Origin: an uncultured Planctomycetota bacterium
GTDB taxonomy: Bacteria; Planctomycetota; Planctomycetia; Isosphaerales; Isosphaeraceae
DNA length: 64,000 bases
Direction: 5' to 3'
Assembly: GCA_963823665.1 (NCBI GenBank)
Contig: CAWGMQ010000010.1
Span: 2,432,001 to 2,496,000 of the forward strand
The position numbers and the translations under genes were made by a program. Below the pieces are notes generated by a model. It saw only the letters and a list, made by a program, of their open reading frames with translations. It was not told where the DNA came from and did not search any database. Positions 52,540-62,493 of the stretch are shown here, in pieces; position 1 is the first letter of the stretch, and the number at the start of each line of letters is the position of its first letter.

Positions 52540-53177
52540 TCAGACTGAAGGCTGCCCGCGGCCGGACAGCCCGAGTGCCCTGCGCAGCCAGCCTTCCTTC
52601 CGGTCCGGAGCCGCCGGCAGCTTGATCGTCCGGGAGTCGGGCGTTGCCCGGTGCCCCGTCACCCGGTCCACGCGGACCCGGTAGTACAAAAGTTCCAGCG
52701 ACTCCACCGGATCGCGGTGGGCCCGGGCGGCGCCCACGGTGCAGGCTGGTTCCCACCACATGGCCTGGGCGCGGAGGACCTGGTAGGCAACGGCCCGCGG
52801 GTCGTCGCTCCTCGGGGCACCTGCACCCTCATAGCGGCCGATCTGCAACAGCCGGTCGGCTGGTCCCAGCGTATCGTCACCTCCGGACGCATCCTTCAAC
52901 TCCTCGTAGCGGCCGAACGCGACGACGCTCATCCACTCGTCGCGAGCCACGACGTCGTCCACCTCGATGCAAACCAGAGGGTTGGCCCGCATCCATTCGA
53001 CCTTCTGCCCGGGCGTCGTGAAGCCGTAGAGACACGGCTCGCCGCCGGGCAGCACCTCGTACGTGAGGTACACAGGGACGACATACGGCTGGTTCTGCGC
53101 GCACAACCCAGCCGGGCCAGTTTCGCACCGGCCAGCACCTGGATGCATTCATCTCGACTCATCTCATGGATCACCAT
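52540..53177 (-). pseudogene. Pyridoxamine 5'-phosphate oxidase-like FMN-binding protein, frameshift near 53103
   Basis: MVIHEMSRDEC..ARLGCA joins QNQPYVVP..GQKVEWMRANP.VC in another frame. Confidence 0.8.
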
Positions 53178-53197
53178 GGGAAAGCTCACCATCTGGC

Positions 53198-55027
53198 TCA
53201 GCCCTTTGTTGTTGCGGTTATCGCCGTTGCCACCGTGAGCGGAACCGCGGAAGCCGCTCTCGTCAGGATCTGGTCGCGCGCATCCGCCAGCGTGAAGGCC
53301 ACGTGCGTGGCCCCGACGCCGGAGAGCCCCTGTGACGCCGCCTCGCTGGCGGCCTCCCCCCAGCGCCCCACCACGATCGCGAGCTCGGCGAACCGCGCCC
53401 GCAGCCGCCGGACCTGGTACCGGGCCTGTGCGAGTGCCTCCGGAGGCAGGTGCGACAGGATGACCATCGCCGGAGAAACTTCCGCCACCCGCCCGGCAAG
53501 CAGCATCGGCGAGCCCGCGCCCTCGATCGTCACGAGTGTGCACTTGGAGGGCGCCAGGATCTGTCCCAGCATCCGCAGCGCCAGGGCGTCCGGCGTGTCA
53601 CTCGCTGCCACGCCCGCGACCACAAACGGTGGCGACGCTGGATTCCCATTGAGGCTCCCTGACTCGCGTCGGTCCAACGGGGCAGGGGCCTTCAAGTTGA
53701 GATCGTCCGTCCCTTCCAGGTCGTCGAGGATCTCACTGATGACCCGCCGGACGAAGGCCACGTCGCTATCCTCCAGCTCCCCGCGCGCCGCGTCATGTCC
53801 GCAGCGCGACAGGGCCGGGATCAGGATCTGATCGAAGACCTCGGCACGTGGGCGTTCCTTCAGGGCGGCTTCGACAACCGCGGTGGCCCCGTCCTGATCG
53901 AGCGACACGAGCCGTTGGTAAAACCGGATATTCTGGTCCAGCTCGGCCTCCTGTCCCAGCAGGGTCGCGAAAAAGCCGAGGCTCGGAACGTACTTGCCGA
54001 GCACCGCCAGGCAAAGCGTCAGTGGCGTCGACAGCAGGGTGCCGAGCAGCCCCCAGAGCCACGTCCAGAACATCGCCGCGACCAGGAGCCCAAGCGCCGA
54101 CACCCCGGTGGTCTTGCCGTAGATGACCGGCTCCAGATACGAGAGTGCTACCTCGACCACGCCGAAGAATACGACCACTTCCACCGGCTGCCTCCAGCCG
54201 GGAAAGTACGCGATCGAGAACACCAAGGGCAGCAGGAACGCCACCGCCGCACCCACGTAGGGAACGAAACGCATCATCGCAGCCAGACATCCCCAGAGCA
54301 CCGCGTACGGCACGCCGATCAACCAGAGGCCCACGCCGACGGTGAGCCCGAACCCCGAGTTGACCAGAGCGATCATCGCCAGATAGCGGCTGATCCGCTG
54401 GCCGATCTCGCTCATGGTCCGGGTCGTGAGGTTGATCTGCCGCTGGCCGAAGAGCTGGACGATCCGGTCACCCAGGTCATCCCGGTTCATGAGCATGAAC
54501 AGGACCAGGATGAGCACGAAAATGCCGACGCCGATGAATTCCAGGTAGGGCCCGACGGCTCCCTGGAGGCGCTGCCGGAATGTGGGCTGCTCGATGACCC
54601 GCACGTCCATCGCCTCGTGCCCCGCGACCACCGGCGTGTCGAGCGACTTGGCCAGCGCGCCGGCGACATCCTGCGCCCGACGGTACGCAGTGTCGTCCGA
54701 GGGCTTCAGGAAGTCCACCTTCTTCTGGAGTTCCTTCTGATAGTCCGGCAGTTGGTACGCCAGCGCAGAGAGCTGCCGCAGGACGACGTAACCGATCCCG
54801 CTTGCGGTCCCGAGCGCGAGGATGACCGTGAGGATGACCGCAATCGCCCGCGGCACCCGGCGCCGCTCGAAGAACCCAGCAAGCGGCGCCAGTGCGAAGC
54901 TCAGTAGCACTGCCAGGGCCAAGGGCTTCAGCACCTCGGCCGCGATCGACATCGCGCCGATGACCGCCAGGATGAGGAAGGTCAGGACGACCGGATGGTC
55001 CATCGGCGACGTGCGTTGACTGGCCAC
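53198..55027 (-). CDS. AI-2E family transporter with C-terminal soluble domain
   Basis: PLALAVLLSFAL.P, RFVPYVG, EP.IYG..TGVS, FWTWLWG..LSTPLT. Confidence 0.88.
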   Translation of the reverse strand: MASQRTSPMDHPVVLTFLILAVIGAMSIAAEVLKPLALAVLLSFALAPLAGFFERRRVPRAIAVILTVILALGTASGIGYVVLRQLSALAYQLPDYQKELQKKVDFLKPSDDTAYRRAQDVAGALAKSLDTPVVAGHEAMDVRVIEQPTFRQRLQGAVGPYLEFIGVGIFVLILVLFMLMNRDDLGDRIVQLFGQRQINLTTRTMSEIGQRISRYLAMIALVNSGFGLTVGVGLWLIGVPYAVLWGCLAAMMRFVPYVGAAVAFLLPLVFSIAYFPGWRQPVEVVVFFGVVEVALSYLEPVIYGKTTGVSALGLLVAAMFWTWLWGLLGTLLSTPLTLCLAVLGKYVPSLGFFATLLGQEAELDQNIRFYQRLVSLDQDGATAVVEAALKERPRAEVFDQILIPALSRCGHDAARGELEDSDVAFVRRVISEILDDLEGTDDLNLKAPAPLDRRESGSLNGNPASPPFVVAGVAASDTPDALALRMLGQILAPSKCTLVTIEGAGSPMLLAGRVAEVSPAMVILSHLPPEALAQARYQVRRLRARFAELAIVVGRWGEAASEAASQGLSGVGATHVAFTLADARDQILTRAASAVPLTVATAITATTKG

Positions 55028-55060
55028 GGTGGCATTCCTGTACGAGACCCGTCGTCGGAC

Positions 55061-55450
55061 TCAACGGCCCCGGAGCGCCAGCCCGGCGACGAGCCCGGCC
55101 ACCAGGCCGATGCCAAACGCCGCGATCACCGTCTCAGCCGGGTGGCTGCGGACCAGACCCTCGGCATTGTCGTAGCGCTGGCGGATCTGATCGCCCGCCT
55201 GGTGGACGTACCGGCCGGCGGCCTCCGAAGCATGCGCCACCGCCGCTGAGCCGCGCGAGGCCGCTTCCGTGAAGAAACGCTCGATCGACTCACGCCCCTC
55301 GCCGGTCTTTTGCTCGATCCGGCCGACGAGCTGCTCGAACTTCCCTTCCAGCACTGCGAAATCGTCCTCTGTCAACTGACTCCAGCGCTGCTTTGCCAGA
55401 GCGCAGAGGTGTTTCCATTCTCCCTGAATTGCCTGCATGTTGGACGCCAT
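55061..55450 (-). CDS. CsbD-like/DUF883-like protein (paralogue of 30312-30701)
   Basis: Direct sequence similarity. Confidence 0.8.
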   Translation of the reverse strand: MASNMQAIQGEWKHLCALAKQRWSQLTEDDFAVLEGKFEQLVGRIEQKTGEGRESIERFFTEAASRGSAAVAHASEAAGRYVHQAGDQIRQRYDNAEGLVRSHPAETVIAAFGIGLVAGLVAGLALRGR

Positions 55451-55647
55451 GATCGGTGGGCCTTCTGGTTAGGGGAGCGGCCGGTGCGATTCCGGCTTCC
55501 CTGGTGGAATTCAATTTAATCTCGATGAGTCATCATGAACACTCGCGAACTGCCCGCGGCAGCTCTCACAGAGGTCGTCGACAAACTCGGAAACGCCCTC
55601 GAATTCAGCCGAGCTCGAACCGGGCGCACGAGCCGTCCCGTGACCGT

Positions 55648-55860
55648 TCACGGACGTCTGATCAGCCATCCCAGAGCAACTCCTATGCAGAGCGTGATAC
55701 CTAGAGCCTTGACGGGTTCCTTCACCAGGAAGTCCCGCACCACTGCCGTCCCGTCGGCCAGCCGCTCACGGGCGAACGCCACGTCCTGCCGGCCCATCGC
55801 CTTGAGCTCGTCCAGTTGCGGAGTAAACTCCGCATTCATCCCTCGAACATGATCATTCAT
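55648..55860 (-). CDS. Small DUF883/ElaB-like membrane-anchored protein
   Basis: VRDFLVKEPVKALGITLCIGVALGWLIRR. Confidence 0.6.
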   Translation of the reverse strand: MNDHVRGMNAEFTPQLDELKAMGRQDVAFARERLADGTAVVRDFLVKEPVKALGITLCIGVALGWLIRRP

Positions 55861-56390
55861 CGTCGTATCCTCCAAAAAGTTTGTTTCGATCGAAGCCGCC
55901 GCTGGGCGCACTGTCTTGACGCGCCACCGGGCCCATCCTGCCGCGCCGTTCTCTCGGACGACGCCGAGAGACCGGTCCCGCCCATCGTATTCATCGGCTG
56001 CTGGTAGTCGAGCCAATGGAGCATGTAGTTCTGGCCCGCACGGATGGCCACGGGGAACAGAAAGTTCCAGGGGGCGAGCAAAAGATTCCGGCCGGTCTTG
56101 CGCGGCTTCTGACCCTTCTGGGCGGGTCCCGTGACCGGTAGAAGAGCCCCGGCTGGATCGGCCAGACTCGCCGGCTCGCCCGCGGCTCTTGGATGACTTC
56201 CGGTGTAAGCCAGGTAGCCGGCCGCAGCCGCGGCGCCCAGACCGATCCAGGGATACATCCACGTGTACCGTCCCCAGTCCATGACCGCCTCGGCGCCGGC
56301 GACGGATTCGCTCACGTTTGTATGACGCTCGCGCCGGATCTCCGCCATCCGATCAAAAATCTCTTGGACGTCGTTCGATCCCGTGACCAC
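55857..56390 (-). CDS. Hypothetical membrane protein (paralogue of 30730-31212)
   Basis: Direct similarity; GGAGGG RBS. Confidence 0.65.
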   Translation of the reverse strand: MVTGSNDVQEIFDRMAEIRRERHTNVSESVAGAEAVMDWGRYTWMYPWIGLGAAAAAGYLAYTGSHPRAAGEPASLADPAGALLPVTGPAQKGQKPRKTGRNLLLAPWNFLFPVAIRAGQNYMLHWLDYQQPMNTMGGTGLSASSERTARQDGPGGASRQCAQRRLRSKQTFWRIRR

Positions 56391-56410
56391 GATTCCCTCC
56401 CCGAGGGCCC

Positions 56411-56617
56411 TTAGCGGCCTACGTTCTTCATCTTCTCGCCGACGTCGTGCACAACATCCTTGCTCTTCTCGGCAACGACGTGCGCAGCGTCCCCGATCTT
56501 CACACCGGCGTTGTGCGCGGCGTCCTTGACCTTCACACCGGCGTCGTGCGCGGCGTCCTTGACCTTCACACCGGCGTCGTGAATTCCCTCTTTCAGCGTC
56601 TCACCTGTGTTCGACAT
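56411..56617 (-). CDS. LEA-like 11-mer repeat protein
   Basis: HDAGVKVKDAA tandem 33-bp repeats; AGGAG RBS. Confidence 0.7.
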   Translation of the reverse strand: MSNTGETLKEGIHDAGVKVKDAAHDAGVKVKDAAHNAGVKIGDAAHVVAEKSKDVVHDVGEKMKNVGR

Positions 56618-56738
56618 GACCTGGCTCCTGCATTGATGTTGAGAATCAAGAAAATGCCTCCCACGCGAATGCTCCCGCGGCAAGGCAAACCTGGCCGGGA
56701 CCACCCCGGCTGATCACACACTCGCAAATTCTCATTTC

Positions 56739-56767
56739 ATTAGAACTTAAATCTTTTAAAATGTCAA
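56739..56767 (-). promoter_or_regulatory. Near-consensus sigma70 promoter in an AT-rich patch
   Basis: TTGACA-N17-TCTAAT. Confidence 0.6.
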
Positions 56768-56996
56768 TAGATTTATCATGGCGTTTCGCGTGATTCGCGA
56801 GTGGCCGCCCGGGGCCAGAGCCATTTCCACATCGAGAGCAAACCCTCGATCGTCCGCAGCGATTCCGCCGCACTGCATGTTTTCCCCTGTTGAATCACGC
56901 ATCGACAGCACAGTGAACATTCGCGAATACAGTTTATTGGGCCACCCCATTACGAGAGTGGTTGGCGCTGGCGATCGAGCCACAAGGGCGCGAACG

Positions 56997-57103
56997 AAAA
57001 AAAACCGGCGTGGTCGAGAACCCTCAGGTCTTCGACCACGCCGGCTTACTTTTCGACGGACCACCCGGAAGAACCGGGCTGCCCTTCGTCTAGTCATCCG
57101 ACA
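56997..57103 (-). promoter_or_regulatory. Structured leader/attenuator copy 12
   Basis: Subfamily B core, terminator, U8; promoter TTGTTA-N18-TATGAT at 57198-57169. Confidence 0.85.
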
Positions 57104-57228
57104 GATTCAACTCATCTCCGGGAGGCGACTAATTCTTATCCCAAGTCTACTCCCGATGAATACACCTCATCATAGACGCTGCAGCGTGGGGATAACAAGT
57201 CGATTCGTGTTTCGCAGTTCCGCGACCC

Positions 57229-58182
57229 TCACTCGATGATCACCCCGGGGATCAGTGCCTGCAATTTATTCCGCCGATCCGCCTGGTCCTGCGAAAGGCC
57301 GACGCGAAGCGTCTTCAGCTTCTTAAGCTCACGGAGCGTCGCGATGCCTTCGTCGCTCACGTGCCAGCCGCTCAAGTCGAGGAAGTCCAGCTCCGTCATG
57401 TTCTTCAGGAACACGAGGCCGCGATCGGAGATCGAGTGGCTCCCCTCGTCGAGCGACAGGTAACTGAGCCGCGTCAACCTGCTGAGCTTCTGAAGCCCTG
57501 CATCGGAAAATCCTTCACCGCCAATCCGCAGTTCTTCAAGGCTCGTCAACTTCCCGATCGCTTCCAGGCTGGCATCCGTCATCTTCGATTTCCCGATGTG
57601 CAGGATTCGAAGCTGCTTGAGCCCCGAGAGATGCTGGAATCCCATGTCCGTCAGGTGAAATGCCCATTCGATGCTGAGTTCTTCGAGACCGGTCATCTGG
57701 CCCACGTAGGAAAGGTTTTCATCCGTGACTTGTTGCCCGCCGATTTGCAGTGTCCGCACACTTGTCTGGGTGGCGAGCTTGCGCAAGGCCTGGTCGGCCG
57801 CCCCCATGTTCACCCACGTCGCATCCGCCATGCCCTTCTTGATGTCGACATAAAGGCTCACATGAGCGATTGACTGAAAACACTCATCGCCCGCCGCCCG
57901 CCTCACCCAGTCCGGCGCCCACGGCTTTCTGCCCGGCGTGAGGGTGCCCCACGTCGGCTTCCAGAGCGAATTCCCGCGCGGAACCTTTACCCGCCCGTTC
58001 TTGAACTCCCAATCGTAATGCACGAACCCACCAAACTTCTGCAGCGCCGACACGGCTTCCCGCTGCTGCCGCGCCTTGTTGGCAATCCAGCCCAGGCCCA
58101 GCGCGATCGCGAGTATGACCAGTAGCAGCCCGCGAAGGCTGATGGTCTTCCAGCGCACGATTGGCTTCTTTTCCCGGTCCAC
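57229..58182 (-). CDS. Leucine-rich repeat protein, planctomycete type
   Basis: SLRGLLLVI N-terminal anchor; TDxGLxxLxxLxxLxxL repeats. Confidence 0.85.
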   Translation of the reverse strand: MDREKKPIVRWKTISLRGLLLVILAIALGLGWIANKARQQREAVSALQKFGGFVHYDWEFKNGRVKVPRGNSLWKPTWGTLTPGRKPWAPDWVRRAAGDECFQSIAHVSLYVDIKKGMADATWVNMGAADQALRKLATQTSVRTLQIGGQQVTDENLSYVGQMTGLEELSIEWAFHLTDMGFQHLSGLKQLRILHIGKSKMTDASLEAIGKLTSLEELRIGGEGFSDAGLQKLSRLTRLSYLSLDEGSHSISDRGLVFLKNMTELDFLDLSGWHVSDEGIATLRELKKLKTLRVGLSQDQADRRNKLQALIPGVIIE

Positions 58183-58248
58183 GCCCGATCATAGACCACG
58201 AACAAAGTCGGAGCAAGGCAACTCAGCACGCGTGTCGGGCGCGCCGGC

Positions 58249-58272
58249 GAAAAGGTGTCAGGAACCGATTCG
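58249..58272. repeat. Short dispersed intergenic repeat, copy A
   Basis: GAAAAGGTGTCAGGAACCGATTCG; recurs at 62471. Confidence 0.6.
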
Positions 58273-58560
58273 CAACGATCGAGGGCTGATTGAGCGATCG
58301 GCTGCTTGTTTGCTACCCTTCTTGTTGGGCGCAGGTCTCGGGCACCCGAAGGGTCGCCGCCGTCTCCCCGACCGGAGGTCTCACCCGCGCGCGGGGAAAG
58401 TGGCTCGGGTCTGAAATTAACTCGATCCGAGCCACCGGGAGTACTCGGGGGTCGACCTCTCTCCGTATTGGCCCGCTCGCCCGTTCCAGGGAGAATACAC
58501 GTGCCCGACATTCAGACAATCGGGCGACACCGAGCCGAGTGTTGTTCGTGAGATTTTCGC

Positions 58561-58938
58561 ATGCGCGCCACGAAGAAAGCTGGGCCCAGCCTTCCCAAGC
58601 CCGCAGCCCTCAAGAGTACAGGAGCAGCCCCTGGCTACCGTCGGGGAGCCGAGCCGAGCGGCGTCGGCAAGCGCGGCTCGGTCGTGATTCCGGCTGCGCT
58701 CCGACGGCGCTACGGCATCGAGGAAGGTTCGTTTGTCGTCGCGGAGCCTTGCGAGGGCGGCGTCCTGATCCGGCCGGCCCTGGTCCTTCCAGTCGAGGTT
58801 TATACACCCGAGCGCAAGGCCCAGTTCCTGCTGTCAAACGCGATCGATGCCGCCGATTATGCCCGCGCCGTAGCCGAGGTTCGCGCAATGGGCTTGCATC
58901 CGAACAAGATCCCGCACTACAAGCGACGCGGGGTCTAA
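58561..58938 (+). CDS. AbrB/MazE/SpoVT-type antitoxin
   Basis: VGKRGSVVIPAALRRRYGIEEG..GVLIRP. Confidence 0.85.
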   Translation: MRATKKAGPSLPKPAALKSTGAAPGYRRGAEPSGVGKRGSVVIPAALRRRYGIEEGSFVVAEPCEGGVLIRPALVLPVEVYTPERKAQFLLSNAIDAADYARAVAEVRAMGLHPNKIPHYKRRGV

Positions 58939-58941
58939 CGG

Positions 58942-59151
58942 GTGGATCGTCTCTTCCTCGACGCCAACGTCCTACTCTCCGCCGCGTGGCGCGCCGACGC
59001 GGCGCTTCAGAGGTTGTGGCGATTGGATAGCGTGGTGCTGCTGTCCTCGAGTTACGCTCTCGAGGAGGCCCGCCGAAACCGTGAAACACCCGCCCAACGA
59101 GGCCGGCTGACCCGGTTGCGTCGCAAGGTGCGGGCAGCTTCTGCGGGATAA
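58942..59151 (+). pseudogene. PIN-domain (VapC-like) toxin, C-terminally truncated
   Basis: LFLDANVLLSA..SSYALEEARRN; only 69 aa. Confidence 0.75.
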
Positions 59152-62100
59152 GGAGGGCTTTGCGGTGCTCGGCGTCAGCTTCCGATGACTTGCCTGTCTT
59201 CAGCAGTTGATCGCCGAGGTTGTTGTGGCACTCCGCCAGCTTCCTACTGAATTCGATGACGGTCGGGTTGTCGTCGGCTAGCTTCTGACAGATCGCCAGT
59301 GCCCTGCGGTGCTCGGCTTCCGCTTCCGATGCCTTTCCCATATCCGAGAGCAATATGCCGAGGTGCTTGTGGCACTGCACCAGCATTCTGCGGGATTCGA
59401 TAACGGCGGGGTCATCGGCGGCCAGCTTGTCTAAAATCACCAGTGCCTTGCGATACTCGGCTTCCGCTTCAGTCGCCTTGCCCATCTGCTGCGATACCCA
59501 GGCGAGGTAGTAGTGGCTGCCAGCCAGGTGGTTGCGGTATTCGGTGACCGCGGGGTTATCGTCAACCAGCTTCTGCCGGATCGTCAATGCCTCGCGAGAC
59601 TCGGCCTCCGCCTCACTTGACTTGCCCAAATTCCACATCAGCAGGCCGAGGTTGTAGTGGCTTTGCGCCAGGTGGCTGCGGAATTCAGTGACTGCGGGAT
59701 TCTGGTCGGCCAGCTTCTGCTGGAGAGACAGCGCCTCGCGGTACTCGATCTCCGCTTCCAGCGACTTACCCGTATCCTTCAGGAGGTTGCCGAAGTTGTT
59801 GTGGCATCGCGCCAGACTGTCGCGGAATTCGGCGACGGCGGGATTGTCGTCGGCCAGCTTCTGATAGAGCCGCATTGCATTGCGGTACTCGGAGTCCGCT
59901 TCCAGTGATTTGCCGGTATTCATCAGCAGGGTGGCGAAGTTGCTCTGGCTTCGCGCCAGGTTGCTGCGGAATTCAGTCACGGCGGGGTTGTCGCCAGCCA
60001 GCTTCTGATAGAGCCCCACCGCCGCGCGGTACTCGCCCTCCGCCTCCGATGTCTTTCCCGTCACCGCCAGCAGGTTGCCGAGGTTGTTGTGGCAAAGCGC
60101 CAGACGGCTGCGGAAGTCGGTGATGGCGGGATTGACGTCGGCGAGCTTCTGGAAGACCATCAGTGCCTTGCGGTACTCAGCCTCTGCTTCCGACGACTTG
60201 CCCGTCCCCGCCAGCACAATGGCAAGCCTGTTGATCGTCGCGCCCAGGTTCCTCCGGGACTCGGCCGTCGCCCCGCGGGCCGCGGCCAGTGCCTCCTGGT
60301 CTGCAAGCGCCAGGCGGTAGACCGACAGGGCTTCGTCGCTGCGGCCTGTCGTTTGGAGTAGCCGGCCGAGATGCGACCGGCAGTCAGCCAGGACAACCCG
60401 CGCCGCGCCGGCCTCTGCGATCGACGTGGCCAGTTTCACAAGAAGTGCCTCGGCTTTGCGGTACATCGCCTCCGCTGGCGCCATTTGTCCCGTGTGTTCC
60501 AGCAGCGAGGCGACGGCCGTCAGGCTGCGCCCCACGTCGGCCGTGACATCCGACTCGGCCGGCATTTCGGCCGCAAGCGCCTCTCTTGCGGCGAGGACCT
60601 GCCGGTGTGCCTCGAGCGCGTCCTCCGGCTTCCCGACCTTGTCCGTCAGCTCGGCCAGATCGAAATTGGCCTGCAACATCGCCTGCCGCGACGCTCTGTC
60701 CTTGCGGCCCTTCAAGAGTGCCCCCAGCTTGCCGTAGAACTCACTCGCCGACTTGAGCAGCCGGTCGCGCAGGTCCTTGAACTTCTCCTCCTTGAGCAGA
60801 AAATCCTCGCTAACGCCGGTGTGAAACGCCTGGATCGCCTCCAGCGCCAGGCTATATCGCTCCTGCACGCGAGCCTTTTCGGCGGCAAGCTCGGTGTTCG
60901 CTCGCTTCACCTCGGTGTTGGCCGCTCGCAAGCTGCTGTTGGCCTGGGCCTGAACGCCCGCGACCGCAACCAGCCCGGCCACGCCGGCAACGAGCGCCAC
61001 GCCGGCCGCTGTCACCGCTGTACGGTTCCGCCGCGCCCATCGCCGCGCCCGCCGCGCAACCGGCTCGCGCCAGGCCGTCACTGGCTCGTCAGCCATCCAG
61101 CGATCCAGATCGTCGGCGAGCGCCCGGCAGGTGGAGTACCGGTCTTCACTCCGAAGGGCCATGGCTTTGAGACAGATCGCTTCGAGCGCCGGGTCGATAC
61201 TCGCGTCGCGGCTACGCGGCCGGCGGAAGTCGCCCCGCAGCACGGCGCCAATCACGTCGACAGCGTCACCGGCGAACGGCGGCTGACCGGTTAGCACGTG
61301 GTAGAGCGTCGCGCCCAGGCTGTAGACATCCGATCGTGGTCCCAGCCGCTCGAGCCGGCCCTCGGCTTGCTCCGGGCTCATGTAGGCCGGCGTGCCCAGC
61401 GCCGAGCCGGGCAACGTCTCGGATGAGCCGCTGGCAGAGGAGGGCAAGAGCGTTCGCTCCGCGGCCGACGGGTCGGACTTCCCCGTGGCTTTTGCCAATC
61501 CCCAATCGACCACCAGAGTCTCACCGTGCCGCCCCACGATGATATTGCTGGGCTTGATGTCGCGATGCAGCACGCCGCGCGAATGGGCGTATTCAATGGC
61601 GTTGCAAACGTCGATGAAAGGGCGCAGCAGCTTGCGCAGAGCGAGCGACCGCCGGCCGGGATCGCGGTGATGACTCTCGTCGGCATGGAACCGGTTGATT
61701 GCCTCTTTCAGACTGTCCCCCTTGATGAACCGCATCACGTAGAACGGCCGCCCGTCGCCGTGGGCCCCGAGCCCATAAACTGGAACAATCCCCGGATGCT
61801 CGAGCCCGCCGGTGATCTCGGCCTCGAGCAGAAATCGCCCGCGGCTCTCCGCATCGTCCGCGTGCTTGTCAAGCATCTGCTTGAGCGCGACCTCGCGGTT
61901 CAATTCGCCGTCCAGCGCGACGAAGACCACGCCCAGGCCCCCCTGCGCGTGCGGTCGCAAAATGCGAAACCGCAGTCCGTCGCCGGTGGCCGTGCCGACG
62001 GAATAGCTGACGGTGCGGCCGGCATCGGCATCGTGATCGTCTCGAGTGGAGGCTGAGCCGAGATGGATCAAGCTCGCTTCGATGGCAGGCTCGCCGATCG

Positions 62101-62380
62101 ACTCGAGCCCGTCGCGTGCGCTCCGGCCGGCGGGGATGGCAGCCAGGCTCGTTTCGACGTCGTCGCCATGCTTCTTGAGGTGCCTGGCGACCACGGCCTC
62201 GACGGCCAGACGGTCGTCGGCATCGAGGGCTCCGCTTCGCACCAGGTGCTCGGCCAGGCCGCGGGCCTTGTCCAGCGTCCAGGCTTGAAAGGCAGCCACC
62301 AGTTTCGCCTGATCGATCAGGCCGATTTGAAGAGCGAGCAGCCCGAACAACAATTCTCTCTCGGCGGCAACGGCGCCCAT
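59133..62380 (-). CDS. Ser/Thr protein kinase with TPR repeats, 3' end truncated (ORF reads on to 58610)
   Basis: GGLGVV, VALK, HRDIKPSN, DWGLAK, GTPAYMSPEQ; about 49-aa TPR-like repeats. Confidence 0.88.
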
Positions 62381-62470
62381 CGGTCGATTCTCCAGGTGAT
62401 CCGTCGGCAATGCGCCTCTTCAGTCTATCCCCAACCCGGCACGATTGCAGCCGATCGCCAGCACCCGGGG

Positions 62471-62493
62471 GAAAAGGTGTCAGGAACGATTCG
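62471..62493. repeat. Short dispersed intergenic repeat, copy B
   Basis: GAAAAGGTGTCAGGAACGATTCG. Confidence 0.6.

Noticed and set aside
1200..57103. The 12 repeats as CRISPR, REP or MITE elements
   Set aside because: They are dispersed and diverged, with no spacers, cas genes, terminal inverted repeats or target duplications; they are strictly sense and 5' to genes.
58610..59132. Kinase C-terminal extension overlapping the TA genes
   Set aside because: Low-complexity antisense read-through after the truncation junction.
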